A stretch of DNA of 63,158 bases, the filler included, from Chiloscyllium plagiosum (taxonomy: Eukaryota), in the NCBI RefSeq assembly GCF_004010195.1. It is 6 parts of one record of this genome, joined end to end, with 100 filler letters (N's around TTAATTAATTAA, not from the genome) between each part and the next. Parts side by side here need not be neighbours in the genome. Positions count along the whole stretch, not along the records: positions 42,704 to 53,124 come from NC_057710.1; positions 53,225 to 63,158 come from NC_057710.1; 4 more parts are not named here. One strand, written 5' to 3'. A program made the translations under genes and the position numbers. The notes below the pieces were generated by a model that saw nothing but the letters and a program-made list of their open reading frames with translations, searched no databases and was not told where the DNA came from. This document shows, piece by piece, positions 49,571-62,025 of this stretch (position 1 is its first letter; the number at the start of each line of letters is the position of its first letter).

Positions 49571-52289
49571 AGTTCAACCTGGAAAAGTGTGAAGTGATTC
49601 ATTTTGAAATTTGAATGCAGATTACAGGGTTAAAGGCAGGATTTTTGGCAGCATGCAGGAACAGAGTTATCTTGGGGGTCCATGTCCATATACCCCTTAA
49701 CATTGCTACACAAGTTGATAAGGTTGTTAAGAAGGTGTGTGGTGTGTTGGCTTTCATTAGCAGGGGGATGGAGTTTAAGAGCCATGAGGTTATGCTGCAG
49801 CTCTATAAATCCCTGGCTGGACCACACTTGGGATAATGTGTTCAGTTCTGGTCACCTCACTACAGGGAAAATGTAGATGCTTTAGAGAAGGTGCAGAGGA
49901 GATTTACCAGGATGCTGTCTGGACTGGAGGGCCTGTCTTATGAAGAAAGGTTGAGGGAGCTCGAGCTTTTCTCATTGGAGTGAAGAAGGATGAGAGGTGA
50001 CTTGATAGAGATGTACAAAACTTTTTCACAGGGCGGAAATGGCTATCACAATGGGGTATCATTTTAAGGTGATTGGAGGAAGGTTTAGGGGAGATGTCAG
50101 AAGTAGGCTCATTACACAGAGAGTGGAGGGTGTGTGGAATGCATTGCCAGCAGTGGTGGCAGAGTCAGACAATTAGGGACATTTAAGCGACTCTTGGATA
50201 GGCACATGGATGACAGTGAAATGAAGGGTATGTAGGTTAGTTTGATCTTAAAGTAGGATAAAAGGTTGGCACAATATCAGAGTTTTTGATATTTTGGCAG
50301 TGTTTATAAACTGCAGCCAAAAGCACTGTCTGTAAGGAAAGTGGGTATAGAAATAGGTGAGGTGAGAAGACTCTCTGACACAATGAGTAAAGGACAGTGG
50401 AAACAGAAGCCACAGTAAATATCATAAATAACTGGAAGGAAAAATCTGCAAGGCTGGAAGAGAGGGAGAAGGAGTGAGATGAGACAAACTGAGCTCTTCT
50501 TTTAAAGGACAGATACAGATATGATGGATGAGTGGCCTCCTTTGATACGCCCATTTCTGTGGGTCTGTGAAAAGAGAGCACTGGATCTGCTGCTGAAGGG
50601 AGAGGGGTCTCTAACTCTGCCATTCTTTCTCTCCCTCTCATCACCACTACAACATTTTCCTGAGACTCCTGCCTAGCAGCTCCTTTACCCAAATACAAGC
50701 ACATTCCTCAAAATCGCCTTTTCTGAATGTTCATGCACTCAGTTACTACGGCTTTTCCCCCATGACATGTTGCTGACTGACCTTCAATCCCTTGAGAAAC
50801 ACTGGGGAACATTGTGTTATATTGGTGAGCACAGTAAGTCCACTTTGTTACTTCAGTGAGAGATGTTCCATGCTCGGACCATGTACTTTTGTTTCTCTGT
50901 TCTCTGACATAGGAAGTTGAGCATACAACAAGCACCAGTTTAGAACTGAGAGTGAGACTCAGGAACAAACCCATTGTTCTGAACAATTTACATTGTCAGT
51001 GATGTTTCTTTTACATTACAATGCCCAGAATTTGCAACTTAATTACTGCCTCTCCTCAGCGATCAGTTTGTGAAATTCACAGACTGTCATGTCCACACCA
51101 ATGCCCTGCACAAAATGGGTTTCCATACAGTTTATTCAAGCCTCTTGCAAAGTTTGACTGTTTCATGTAAACACGTACAAGCCAAGGCACTTCACCGGGA
51201 AAGTAGGAGAACTTAGGATAGGTGAAAATACGTTTTGCCAAGAGGAAGATTTTAGAGAGCGTCTAAAAGCTGAGAGATGGAGAAAACGAATATCAATGGA
51301 GTGCTGAAAACAGGGATGCTTCTGGGGAGTGTGTTGGGGAAACAGAGAGATCTATGAGAGTTGTAGAGCTGGAGGAGAACATAGAGATAAGGAAAAGTTA
51401 GGCCACGGAGGGACGAGAAGTTTGAAATTTACAATTTAAAAGAGAATGGGGTGATGGATGAATTAGAGTTGGTGCAAATTGGGATACAGGTAACAGAATT
51501 TGAACAACTTTAAGGTTCTAGAGGCCAGCCAGAATTGTATTTGAATAGACTCACGTGTTGATTAGACCTCAGCAGATGAACTGAGCAAGAAATGGAGTCA
51601 GATGAGTTTACAAAGACAGGAGGTGGTGTTTGTGATGGTCAGGACAGGTGGTAGGAGCCTGCCCTTAGTATTTATCTTTAAAATCAGGATGGCAGCAATT
51701 TTATTCCCTCACAGAAAGTGGGCATCTCTGATTCGGCCAACGTTGTCCCTAGTTGCCCTTTGAGAAGGTGATGGTGAGCTGCCTTCTTGACCCACTGCGG
51801 TCCACCTGCGGAGGGTTACCCACAATACCCTTCGGGAGTGAAGTCCAGGATTTTGACTCAGTGACAGTGAAGGAACTGCACTACACTTCCATGTTCGGAT
51901 GGTGAGTGGGTGGAAGGATCTTACAGGTTGTGGTATTTCTGTGCTGTATCAATATATAAATATCAGTCCCACTGCAAACATATTGCCAAATGATGAAAGC
52001 TATCAGAAAGAATTCTTTGGCACGATGGGCAGTCTAGCTGCACCATTTAGGGGAGGGAGGCTGGGGAAGGAAGCAGTGTGAAAGAACATTTATGGGAAGG
52101 GATTTAGGTGGGAGTAGATATAGACATGACTTCAGGACAGTACATCGCCTGTCCAGCCTCTGCTTATAAATCCAGAAGAAGAGTTATACCATAAAAGTCG
52201 ACTTCTCCACCTCCAGATGCTGCCTGGCCTGCTGTGTCCTTCCAGCCTCCTGCCTGCGTATTTTGGATTCCAGAGCTGCAGTTTTTTTT

Positions 52290-53124
52290 GTCTCTAATGT
52301 TGTCTCTAGTCTTGGTAACATCCTTGTAAATCCTTTTTGCAACCTTTCCAGTTTAATAACATCCTTTCTATCGTGGAGTGACCAGAATTGTGTGTAGTCC
52401 TCTAAATGTGGTCTTACTAATGTTTTGTACATATAACATGTCGTTCCAACTCAGTGCTCATAGAGTCATAAAGATGTACAGCATGGAAACTGACCCTTCA
52501 GTCCAACCCGTCCATGCCGACCAGATATCCCAACCCAATCTAGTCTCACCTGCCAGCATCTGGCTCATATCCCTCCAAATCCTTCCTATTCATATACCCA
52601 TCCAGATAGCTTTTAAATGTTGTAATTGTACCAGCCTCCACCACTTCCTCTGGCAGCTCATTCCATACCTGTACCACCCTCTGCATAAAAAGTTGCCCCT
52701 TAGGTCTCTTTTATATCTTTTCCCTCTCACCCTAAACCTATGTCCTCTAGTTCTGGACTCCCCGATCCCAGGGAAAAGACTTTGTCTATTTACCCTATCC
52801 ATGCCCCTCATAATTTTGTAAACCTCTATAAGGTCGACCTTAAGCCTCCCACACTCCAGGGAAAACAGCCCCAGCCTGTTCAGCCTCTCCCTGTAGCTCA
52901 GATCCTCCAACCCTGGCAACATCCTTGTAAATCTTTTCTGAACCCTTTCACATTTCACAACATCTTTCCGATAGCAAGGAGACCAGAATTGCACACAATA
53001 TTCCAACAGTGGCCTGACCAATGTCCTGTACAGCCGCAACATGAACTCCCAATTCCTGTACTCAATACTCTGACCAATAAAGGAAAGCATACTAAACGCC
53101 TTCTTCACTATCCTATCTACCTGC
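52290..53124 (-). mobile_element. Nested CR1 3' fragments
   Basis: RPLLEYCVQFWSP and RFTRMLPGLE motifs. Confidence 0.9.
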
Positions 53125-53358
53125 NNNNNNNNNNNNNNNNNNNNNNNNNNNNNNNNNNNNNNNNNNNNTTAATTAATTAANNNNNNNNNNNNNNNNNNNN
53201 NNNNNNNNNNNNNNNNNNNNNNNNTCTCCGTCCCCACCCCACTCCGGCCTATCACCCTCACCTTGACCTCCCTCCATCTATCGCATTTCCAAAGCCCCTC
53301 CCCCAAGTCCCTCCTTCCTACCTTTTATCTTAGCCTGCTGGACACACTTTCCTCATTC

Positions 53359-53386
53359 CTGAAGAAGGGCTTATGCCTGAAACGTC
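53359..53386 (+). ncRNA. Minimal hammerhead ribozyme motif
   Basis: CTGAAGA-A-GGGC-TTAT-GCCT-GAAA-C-GTC. Confidence 0.7.
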
Positions 53387-53809
53387 GATTTTCCTGTTCC
53401 TTGGATGCTGCCTGACCTGCTGCGCTTTTCCAGCAACACATTTTCAGCTCTGATCTCCAGCATCTGCAGTCCTCACTTTCTCAGGGAAAGAAACTACCAT
53501 CCTTACCTGGTCTGGCCTACCTGTGACCTCAGAGCCACAGCAATATGGTTGACACTTAATGCAATTGGAGATGGGTAATAAATGTTAGTCTGGCCAGTGA
53601 CACCACATCCTGTGAATGAATAATAAAAAAAAGACTATATATTCTCCTTGATCCTCATTCTCCTGATTAAGTTCCTTTCCAGTCCTTCAATAAAATCATC
53701 CCTTCATCTAAACATTTACAGCAATATAAAATCAAATGGGTCTAGATCAATTTAAGATACCTGGTCACAATGGACACGTTGGACTCAAGGGTCTATTTCC
53801 ATGCTGCAG

Positions 53810-54985
53810 AGAATACAGAACTCTACAGCATAGGAACGGGTCCTTGAGCCCACAATAATATGCCAAACATGATACCAAATGAAACTAATCCATCATGCCT
53901 GCCATTGGTCTATATCACTGCATTTCTTGAATATTCATGTGCATATCTAAAATTCCTTTAAATGCCCCCATTGTATCTGCCTCCACCACCACCCCAGCAA
54001 TGCGTTCCAGACTCCTACTACTCTCTGTTAAAAAAGCCTTGCCCCTCATGTCTGTTTTGAATGTTTCCCCTCTAACCTTAAATGCACTCTTGTAGTTGAC
54101 ATTTCAATTGTGGGCAAAGGACTGTCAACCCTATCTGTGCATCTTATAATTTTATAGACTTCCCTTAACCTTCACTGCTCAAGAGAATACATTCTGAGCT
54201 TTTCTATCTCAAACCCTGTAATCCAGATAGCATCTTGGTAAACCTCTTCTGCACTCTCTCCAAAGCCTCCGCATCCTTTCTGTAGTGTGACAACCAGAAT
54301 TGAATGCAGTACTCTAAGTGTGGCCTAACCAAAATCTTGTAAAGCTGCAACATGACATCCTGACTGTTGTTTTCAATTCCACGACCAAAAAAGGCAAGCA
54401 TTCCGTACACCTTCTTTATATCTACTTGCTTGGCTATTTTCAAGGAGCTATGGACTTGAAACCCAAGATCCTTTTGTACATCAATGCAGTTCAAAGTTCT
54501 GCCATAAACTGTGTACTTTTCCTTAACATTTGATCTCCCAAGGTGCAGCACCTCCTACTTACCTGCATTAAACTCCATCTCCACCCATATCTGCAACTGA
54601 TTTATATCTTGCTGTATCCTTTGACAATCTTCTACACTATTCTCAACTCCACCGATCTTTGTATTGTCTGCATTCACATTTTCATCCAAGTCATTTATAT
54701 ATATATCACAAACAGCAGAGGTCACATTACGGATCCCTGTGGAACACCACTAGCCACAGACCTCCAGCCAGAAGAACACCCTTCCACCCATCCTATGTCT
54801 GCTATGGGCAAACCGATTCTGAATTCACATGGACAATTCACCATAGATCCCATCCATCATAAGCTTTTGGATGAGCCTACCATGAGGAACCTTGTCAAAA
54901 GCCTTATTAAAATCCACATAAACAACATCCACGGCTCTACCCTCATCGATACCCTTCGTCACCTCGAAAAATTCAATCAAAATTG
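53810..54985 (-). mobile_element. CR1 fragment
   Basis: RPHLEYCIQFW and DFNKAFD-like motifs. Confidence 0.88.
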
Positions 54986-55554
54986 AACTCCAGACTGTAT
55001 CATCTATGAAACCCGTCCTTGCAATTTTACCTGTTCAGGCCAAGACAAGAGGTGAGGAAAACTCCAGGAAATGAAGAACCAGAATATCCATGATCAGAAA
55101 TACAAAAAAGATGCATTTTGCTGAAGCTTTTCATCTTGAATTCATCAGGACAGTTCACCAGAAATACTATTCAAAATTAAAAATAATCATAGCTCCTTGA
55201 AAATAGCCAAGCAAGTAGATATAAAGAAGGTGTACGGAATACTTGCCTTTTTTGGTCGTGGAATTGAAAACAACAGTGAGGATGTCATGTTGCAGCTTTA
55301 CAAGATTTTGGTTAGGCCACACTTAGAGTACTGCATTCAATTCTGGTTGTCACACTACAGAAAGGATGCGGAGGCTTTGGAGAGAGTGCAGAAGATGTTT
55401 ACTAAGGTGCTATCTGGATTACAGGGTTTGAGATAGAAAAGCTCAGAATGTATTCTCTTGAGCAGTGAAGGTTAAGGGAAGTCTATAAAATTATAAGATG
55501 CACAGATAGGGTTGACAGTCCTTTGCCCACAATTGAAATGTCAACTACAAGAGT
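54086..55554. repeat. Inverted duplication with 367-bp arms (54086-54452 and 55188-55554)
   Basis: Near-identical reverse-complement copies; the paired ORFs 54204- and 55197+ share the same private lesions. Confidence 0.93.
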
Positions 55555-55814
55555 TTCTGCAAAAACACACTTGAATAGACAGTGTGAAAAAGGAGCAGAT
55601 GGAGGCCTTTAATCCCATTGAGTCTGCTCTGTCATTGAGTGAGTTAATGGCTGGTCTGATCATACTCAATTCCACTTTCCTGCCTTTTCCCCATAACCCT
55701 TGATTCCCTTCTGATTAAAAATTTGTCTTTGTCAACATTGTATACAGATAATGACATAAATTCAACATCTCTCTGTGGCAAAGAATTCCGAAAATTTAAT
55801 ATCCTTCAAGGAAA

Positions 55815-57680
55815 AAAGGAAGTGCAGGAGGGAACTTAAGAAACCAATTGGAAAAGCAAAAAGGAGACACGAGAAAGGCGTTGTAAATAGGAATCAGGGA
55901 GAATCCTAAAATATTTTATAAATACATTAAAAGAAGAAGTTAAGCAAAGGGACTATCTGTATGTGAAGCCGCAGGATATTGGAAGGGAGTTAAATGAATG
56001 CTTCTCTTTGGTCTTTATTCTGGAAAAGGAGAATATCGGTACAGAATTCAGGAATAAGGACAGTGAGGAACTTGCAGTTTGATATAGGAAATGGGGAGGT
56101 GTTAGAGGCTCTGTTGGGCTTATACACAGACAAATCTCCTGGCCTGGGTGAATTGCCTGCTGTGGGAGGCAAGGCAGGAAAGTGCAGGGGCTCTCTCACA
56201 AATGTTTAATTGCTTTCTTGCCACAGGGGAAGTGCCAGATGACTGGAGAAAGGCTAATGCGGTTCCTCATTTTAAGAAAGATGGTAGAGATGCACCAGGA
56301 AATTACAGATCAGTGAGTCTCACGTCAGTGGTAGGGAAACTATTGGAGAAAATTCTGAAGGAGCGAATTAATACCCACTTGGACAGGTATGGATTAGTTA
56401 GGGATAGTCAGCATGGCTTTGTCAGAGTGAGGTCATGCCGAACAAATTTGTTCGAATTTTTCAAAAATGCAATCAAGTGTGTGGATGAGGGAAGTTCAGT
56501 TGATGTAGTTTATATAGATTTTAGCAAAGCTTTTGATGAGGTCCCAATGGGAGATTGATTGAGAAGGTTGAAGCGCATGGAATTGATGGAAACACGATGA
56601 GAGGGATCAGAAACTGGCTTAGTAACAGGTCACAAAGGGCAATGGTAGAATACAGTTTGAGTGACTGGAGGCCACTATATGGAGGCCACAAGGATCAGTA
56701 CTGGGACCATTACTGATGGTTATATCCACAAATGATATTGATGAAAATGTGGGAGGAATGTGAACAAATGTGCAGATGACATCAATTAGTTAATAGCGAA
56801 GAAGATGGTTGTAGATTAAAGGAAGTTACAGATGGGTTCGTCCGATGGGCAGAGCAGTAGCAGATGGTATTTAACCCTGATTAGTGCGAGGTGATGCACT
56901 TTGGAAGAAGAAACAAGATGTGGGCGTATTTAATGAATGGCAGGATACTGGGCAGCATAGAGGAACAGAAGGATCTTGAGGTAATTAATCAAAGATCCCT
57001 GAAGTCAGCAGGCCATGTGAATAGGAGAGTTAAGAAGGCATGTGGGACACCTACATTCATCGGTCATGGTATACATTATAAGAGTAAGGAGGCAATGTTG
57101 GAGTTTTATAGGGCATTGATCGGGCTACAAGTGGAGTATTGTGTGCAGTTCTGGTCTCCTTACTACAGCAAGGATGTGATAACAGTAGAAGGAGTACAAA
57201 AGAAGTTCACCAGGATGTTGCCTGGGATGAAGAAACTGAGCTATAAGGAGAGACAAGATAGGCTTAGATTCTTTTCTTTAGAACAGAGAAGGCTGAGGGA
57301 TTCATGACTGGGATATATAAGATTATGAGGTGTACGGCAGGATAAATAGAGAGCAGCTGTTCCCCTTGGTTGAAGGGTCAATCACGTTGGGACATAGTTT
57401 TAGTATAAGAGGCAGGAGATTCATGAGGGGATTTGAGGAAAAATCGTTTTCACTCAGTAGGTGGTGAGAATCTGTAGTGCACTGCCTGGGACGATTATGG
57501 AGGCTGGGAACCTTACAACCTTTAAAAAATATTTGGATGAGCACTTCAAATATCATAACATTCAAAGATGTGGGACAAGTGCAGAAAATTGGAAATAGCA
57601 CATTTTTAATGGTAGTTATTATTGGTGTAGACTCAAAGGACTGATGAGCTAAATGACCTTTTCTGTGCTGTATGAATCTG
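55815..57680 (+). mobile_element. CR1 ORF2 long degenerate fragment
   Basis: VPDDWRKANAVP, SQHGF, DFSKAFD and EYCVQFWSP motifs. Confidence 0.92.
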
Positions 57681-57694
57681 TGAATGAATCTATG

Positions 57695-58340
57695 AGAAGA
57701 AATTCCTCCTCATCTCTGTTTACATATGCAACCCCTTATTCTGAGATTATGTCATCTGGCTCTGGACTCTCTCTCAAAGGGAAACAATTTTCCACATCCA
57801 CTCCATTGACTTGCCACAAAATCTTGTATGTTTCAATAAAGTCACCTCTTATTCTTCTAAATTCCAATGAGTACAGGCTCAATCGACTCAACCTTTCCTC
57901 ATACGATAGTCCCTCCATTTCTGTTATCAGCCAAGTGAATGTTCTCTGGACTGTCTCCAATGCCAATATATCTTTCATTAGATGAAGGGCCTTAAACTGT
58001 TCACAGTATTCAGCTGTGGTCTGACTAGAGCCTTGTATACTTCTAGAAAAACCTCCTAACTTTTATATTCTATCCCTTTGAAATGAAGGCTAGCATTCTA
58101 TTTGTCTTCCCTATAAGTTGCTGAATTTGAATGCTAGTTTTTTTGTGATTCATGGATGCAAAGTCATAAATTCCTTTGTTCTGTAGCTCTCTGTAGTCAT
58201 TCTGTATTCAAATAATATTCAGTTCCTTTAATCATCTGACCAAAGTGCATTTTCCCACACCTCTTCTATCTGCTCCCACTCATTTAATCTGTCTATCCCT
58301 CTGTAGAATCTTTGCATCATCCTCACCATTTGCCTTCTCA
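57695..58340 (-). mobile_element. CR1 3' fragment
   Basis: ALETVQRTFT...LYSLEFRRIRGD. Confidence 0.85.
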
Positions 58341-58915
58341 CTTATTTCAAAATTGATCTGAAATCAGGGACAGGACAGTGTGACTGCTGGTGAGACAGGA
58401 AAAAATCAGTACTGCAGATGCTGGAGATCAGACTCGAGGATGTGTTGCTGGGAAAGCACAGCAGGTCAGATAGCATTCGAGGAGCAGGAGAATCGACATT
58501 TCGGGCATAAGCCCTTCAGGACGACTGACCCTTTTATACCATCATCTATAACTTTTGCACTGTATGAAGTGCTATCTGTAAATCCATACATACCACTTCA
58601 ACAACATTATCCTACTCAACCCTTTCCATTACCTCTTCATGACTTCCCCTTGAGGAATCTGTGTTGATGCTTCTTAATCAACTTTCTTTTCTCCATGAGG
58701 CTGCTGATTCTATTTTGAATGATCATGTCCAAAAGTTATGCACCACCAAAGTTAAACCGACTGGTCTGTAATTTTTGGGATTGTTTTTACAACCTTTTTT
58801 GAACAAGGCCATGATGTTGACAATTGTCCAGTCTCTGGCTCTTCCCCATATTCCAGGAAAGACTGAATGATTATGGCCAGTAACTGCAATTTCTACCCTC
58901 AGTCCCTTCAAATTC

Positions 58916-59119
58916 CTTGGATGCATCTCATTTAGTCCTGGTACCTTATTAACTTCTAAGTCCCAGCAATTTATTCAAGACTTCTTCCTTATTAGTGGGC
59001 GGCACGGTGGCACAGTGGTTAGCACTGCTGCCTCACAGCGCTTGGATGCATCTCATTTAGTCCTGGTACCTTATTAACTTCTAAGTCCCAGCAATTTATT
59101 CAAGACTTCTTCCTTATTA
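58916..59119 (+). repeat. 46-bp HE1 SINE head flanked by a 79-bp direct repeat
   Basis: 58916-58994 equals 59041-59119; the insert is identical to 39335-39380. Confidence 0.92.
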
Positions 59120-59959
59120 TTTTTGAACTATTCGTAGAACCTTCTCTTGACAGCATTCCTTCCTTGGTCACCACGGTCTGGGCAGCATCCTCATTTTTTG
59201 TAAAGACAAATGCAAAATATTAATATAACACATCAGTTATGCCACTTACCTCTGTCTGTAAATCATTTTTTTTGGCATCTGAACAACATTTCTGCTCCTT
59301 TAAATAAAAAGCCAAAGAACTGTGAATATGGAAATCAAAAACAAAATCAAAAATTGCTGGAAAAACTCAGCAGGTAAGGCAGATTTAACATTTCTGGTCC
59401 AGTGAACCTTCTTCAGAACTGAAAGGAAAAGCGTTTTTTAATAAAAACAAAAGTATAAACAAAATCCGACAATACCAAACTGGCTGTCAGCAGCCAGTTC
59501 AGAGTCAGTTCCCTGAACTGAGAAAATTCTAAATCTCCTATTTGTGTTTTTTTCTTCTTTCTTTCCAAACCTCCACATTACTATCAAACAGTGGCAATGC
59601 TTATTTTTCCCCAATACCCATGTCGTATGCTTGCAGGTGAAGGACACAGTGAGGAAACAAGTGCAGAAGCCTTTATTCATATTCCACCACCAGGATGAAA
59701 AGAAGCACCCCAGTGGCCAGTGATAAGCAGTGCCCTTCTAGGAAGAGATTGGTATTAATGCTAGAGAATGGATCAAGTTGGAGATAACAATAAGTAGCCC
59801 AGAGAGAGAGAGAAATAGTTGGCCAGACAAAGGATTGGGTAAGGGTCAGTCTGCTAATGGGGATTGTCAATGACTGACAATGGGTTGTTTGTGGTAGCAG
59901 CCCATGTGATGACAAGTCGTGGTGTTTGTGGATGGGGCTAAGGAATGGGAGAAGGTGCT

Positions 59960-60230
59960 CAATTATTGAGGAGCAAATTACTGCAGATGCTGGAATGTGC
60001 GCTGGAAACAACAAATGCTGGAGATCACAGCGGGTCAGACAGCATCCATGGAGAGAGAGCAAGCTAATGTTATGAGTCTAGATGACTCTTCATCAAAGCT
60101 GAGGGGAAGTGTGGAGGGGACACCATTTATGCAATAGTGGGAGATGGGGTGAGGATGGGAGGTGGTTGGAATGCTGGGGGAGAAAGGTGCTGATTGTTCA
60201 GATTAAGTGATCGGATTGTGAGAATGGCAG
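59960..60230 (-). mobile_element. Terminus of another PLE family with degenerate hammerhead. A further family occurs at about 59310-59425
   Basis: Reverse complement ttgatgaa-gagtc-atcta-gactc-ataac; and ctgaagaa-ggttc-actg-gacca-gaaa. Confidence 0.7.
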
Positions 60231-61175
60231 ATTGGCTGTCTGGCAGAAAGCAGACAATCGAGATAAAAGAGTCCTTCTCAGGATGGTAGCCACGGTGGTG
60301 TTTTGCAAGGGTCAGTTGGGACCACATCTTTTCAATTTATACATTAATGATCTAAATGAAGAAACTGAGAGCATTCTGGCTAAGTTTGCAGATGATACAA
60401 AATAGGTGGAAGGACAAGTACCATTGAGGAGGTGGGAAGGCTGCAGAAGGATTTGGACAGGTTAGGAGAACGGGCAAAGAAGTGGCAGATGGAGTACAAT
60501 GTGAGAAAGTGTGAGGTCACGCACTTTGGTAGGAAGAATAGAGGCATAGATCATTTTCTAAATGGCGAGAAAATTCAGAAATCTGAAGTGCAAAGGGACT
60601 TGAGAGTCCTAGTACAGGTTTCCTTGAAGGTAACCTTGCAGATTGAGTCGGTAGTTAGGTAGGCAAATGCAATGATGGCATTTATTTTAAGAGGACTAGA
60701 ATATAAAAGCAGGGATATACTTCTGAGACTTCACAAGGCTCTGGTCAGACTATATATAGATTATTGTGTGCATGAAGGATGTACTGCCCTGGAGCGGGTC
60801 CTGAGGAGGTTCATGAGAATGATCCCAGTAATGAAAGGCTTAACAAATGAAGAACGTTTGAGGACTCTGGGACTATACTCAATGGAGTTTAGAAGAATGA
60901 GGGGGGATCTAATTGAAACTTACAAAATACTAAATGGCCTGGACAGAGTGGATTTTGGGAAGATGTTTCCGTTGACAGACTGGAACTCTTCAAAATGGAG
61001 ATAATGAGAAACTTCTTCAGCGAGAGAGTGGTGAATCTATGGAATTCATTGCCACAGAAGGCTGTGGAGTCCAGGTTATTGAGTGTATTTAAGACTGAGT
61101 TAAATAAATTATTGAGTATCAAGGGGACCAAGAGTTATGGGGAGATAGTGAGAATGGGCTTGAGAAACTTATCAG

Positions 61176-61719
61176 GTAAAAACAATGACTGCAGATGCTG
61201 GAAACCAGATTCTGGATTAGTGGTGCTGGAAGAGCACAGCAGTTCAGGCAGCATCCAAGAAGCTTTGAAATTGATGTTTCGGGCAAAAGCCCTTCATCAG
61301 GAATAAAGGCAGACAGCCCGAATTGTGGAGAGATAAGCTAGAGGAGGGTGGGAGTGGGGAGAAAGTAGCATCGAGTACAATAGGTGAGTGGGGGAGGGAT
61401 GAAGGTGATAGGTCAGGGAGGAGAGGGTGGAGTGGATAGGTGGAAAAGAAGATAGAGTGGGAGGGGGAGTTGAAATGTTGGGCCACGGGGTGGTGTGGTT
61501 GATTGGTGCGGGTGTCCCGGAGATGTTCCCTAAAGCGCTCTGCTAGGAGGCGCCCAGTCTCCCCAATGTAGAGGAGACCGCATCGGGAGCAACGGATACA
61601 ATAAATCATATTAGTGGATGTGCAAACTTTGATGCATGTGGAAGGCTCCTTTAGGGCCTTGGATAGAGGTGAGGGAGGAGTTGTAGGCGCAGGTTTTATA
61701 GTTCCTGCGGTGGCAGGGG
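61176..61719 (-). mobile_element. 5'-truncated, internally deleted PLE with 10-bp TSD
   Basis: TSD aacttatcag at 61166-61175 and 61720-61729; IYCIRCSRCGLLYIGETGR. Confidence 0.92.
61273..61300 (-). ncRNA. Minimal hammerhead ribozyme motif
   Basis: Reverse complement CTGATGA-A-GGGC-TTTT-GCCC-GAAA-C-ATC. Confidence 0.72.
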
Positions 61720-62025
61720 AACTTATCAGCCATGATTGAATGGCGGAGCAGACTTGATGAGCTAAATGACCTAATTTCTGTTCCAATGTGATCTTACGGT
61801 GTGTGTAACTGCCAGACTTGAACAAACAGACAGTTCCGCTGGGGTGGGGGGTGGGGAAAGAGGATATGGTGACAGAGAATGTAACAAGTAAAGCTAAAAG
61901 AAAACATAGAAATGGGATTGGTTCAAAATTATGAAGGTGTTGAACTCAATATGAAGTCCAGGAGGTTCTGAAGTGCCTAGTCTGAAGATGAGATGTTGTT
62001 CTTCCAGTTTGCTCTGTGATTAAAC

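Larger units (their letters stand above)
47472..50277 (+). mobile_element. CR1 ORF2/3'UTR hosting a MITE and a solo LTR
   Basis: LNEYFSSVF, KSLGPDG, SQHGF, FSKAFD and QGSVLGP motifs, collinear across both insertions. Confidence 0.92.
5158..53224. other. Eight assembly gaps: 5158-5657, 10668-10767, 16956-17263, 19265-19364, 31922-32021, 42604-42703, 46972-47471, 53125-53224
   Basis: N runs; the five 100-bp gaps contain a central TTAATTAATTAA spacer. Confidence 0.98.
60305..61800 (+). mobile_element. CR1 3' region interrupted by a PLE
   Basis: KFADDTK, WQMEYNV and RNFFSERVVNLWNSLP motifs. Confidence 0.9.

Noticed and set aside
51059..51120. Cys-containing open stretch after ctcctcag as the next disintegrin exon
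   Set aside because: It lacks the ECxxxCCxxxxCxL pattern and a good donor site.
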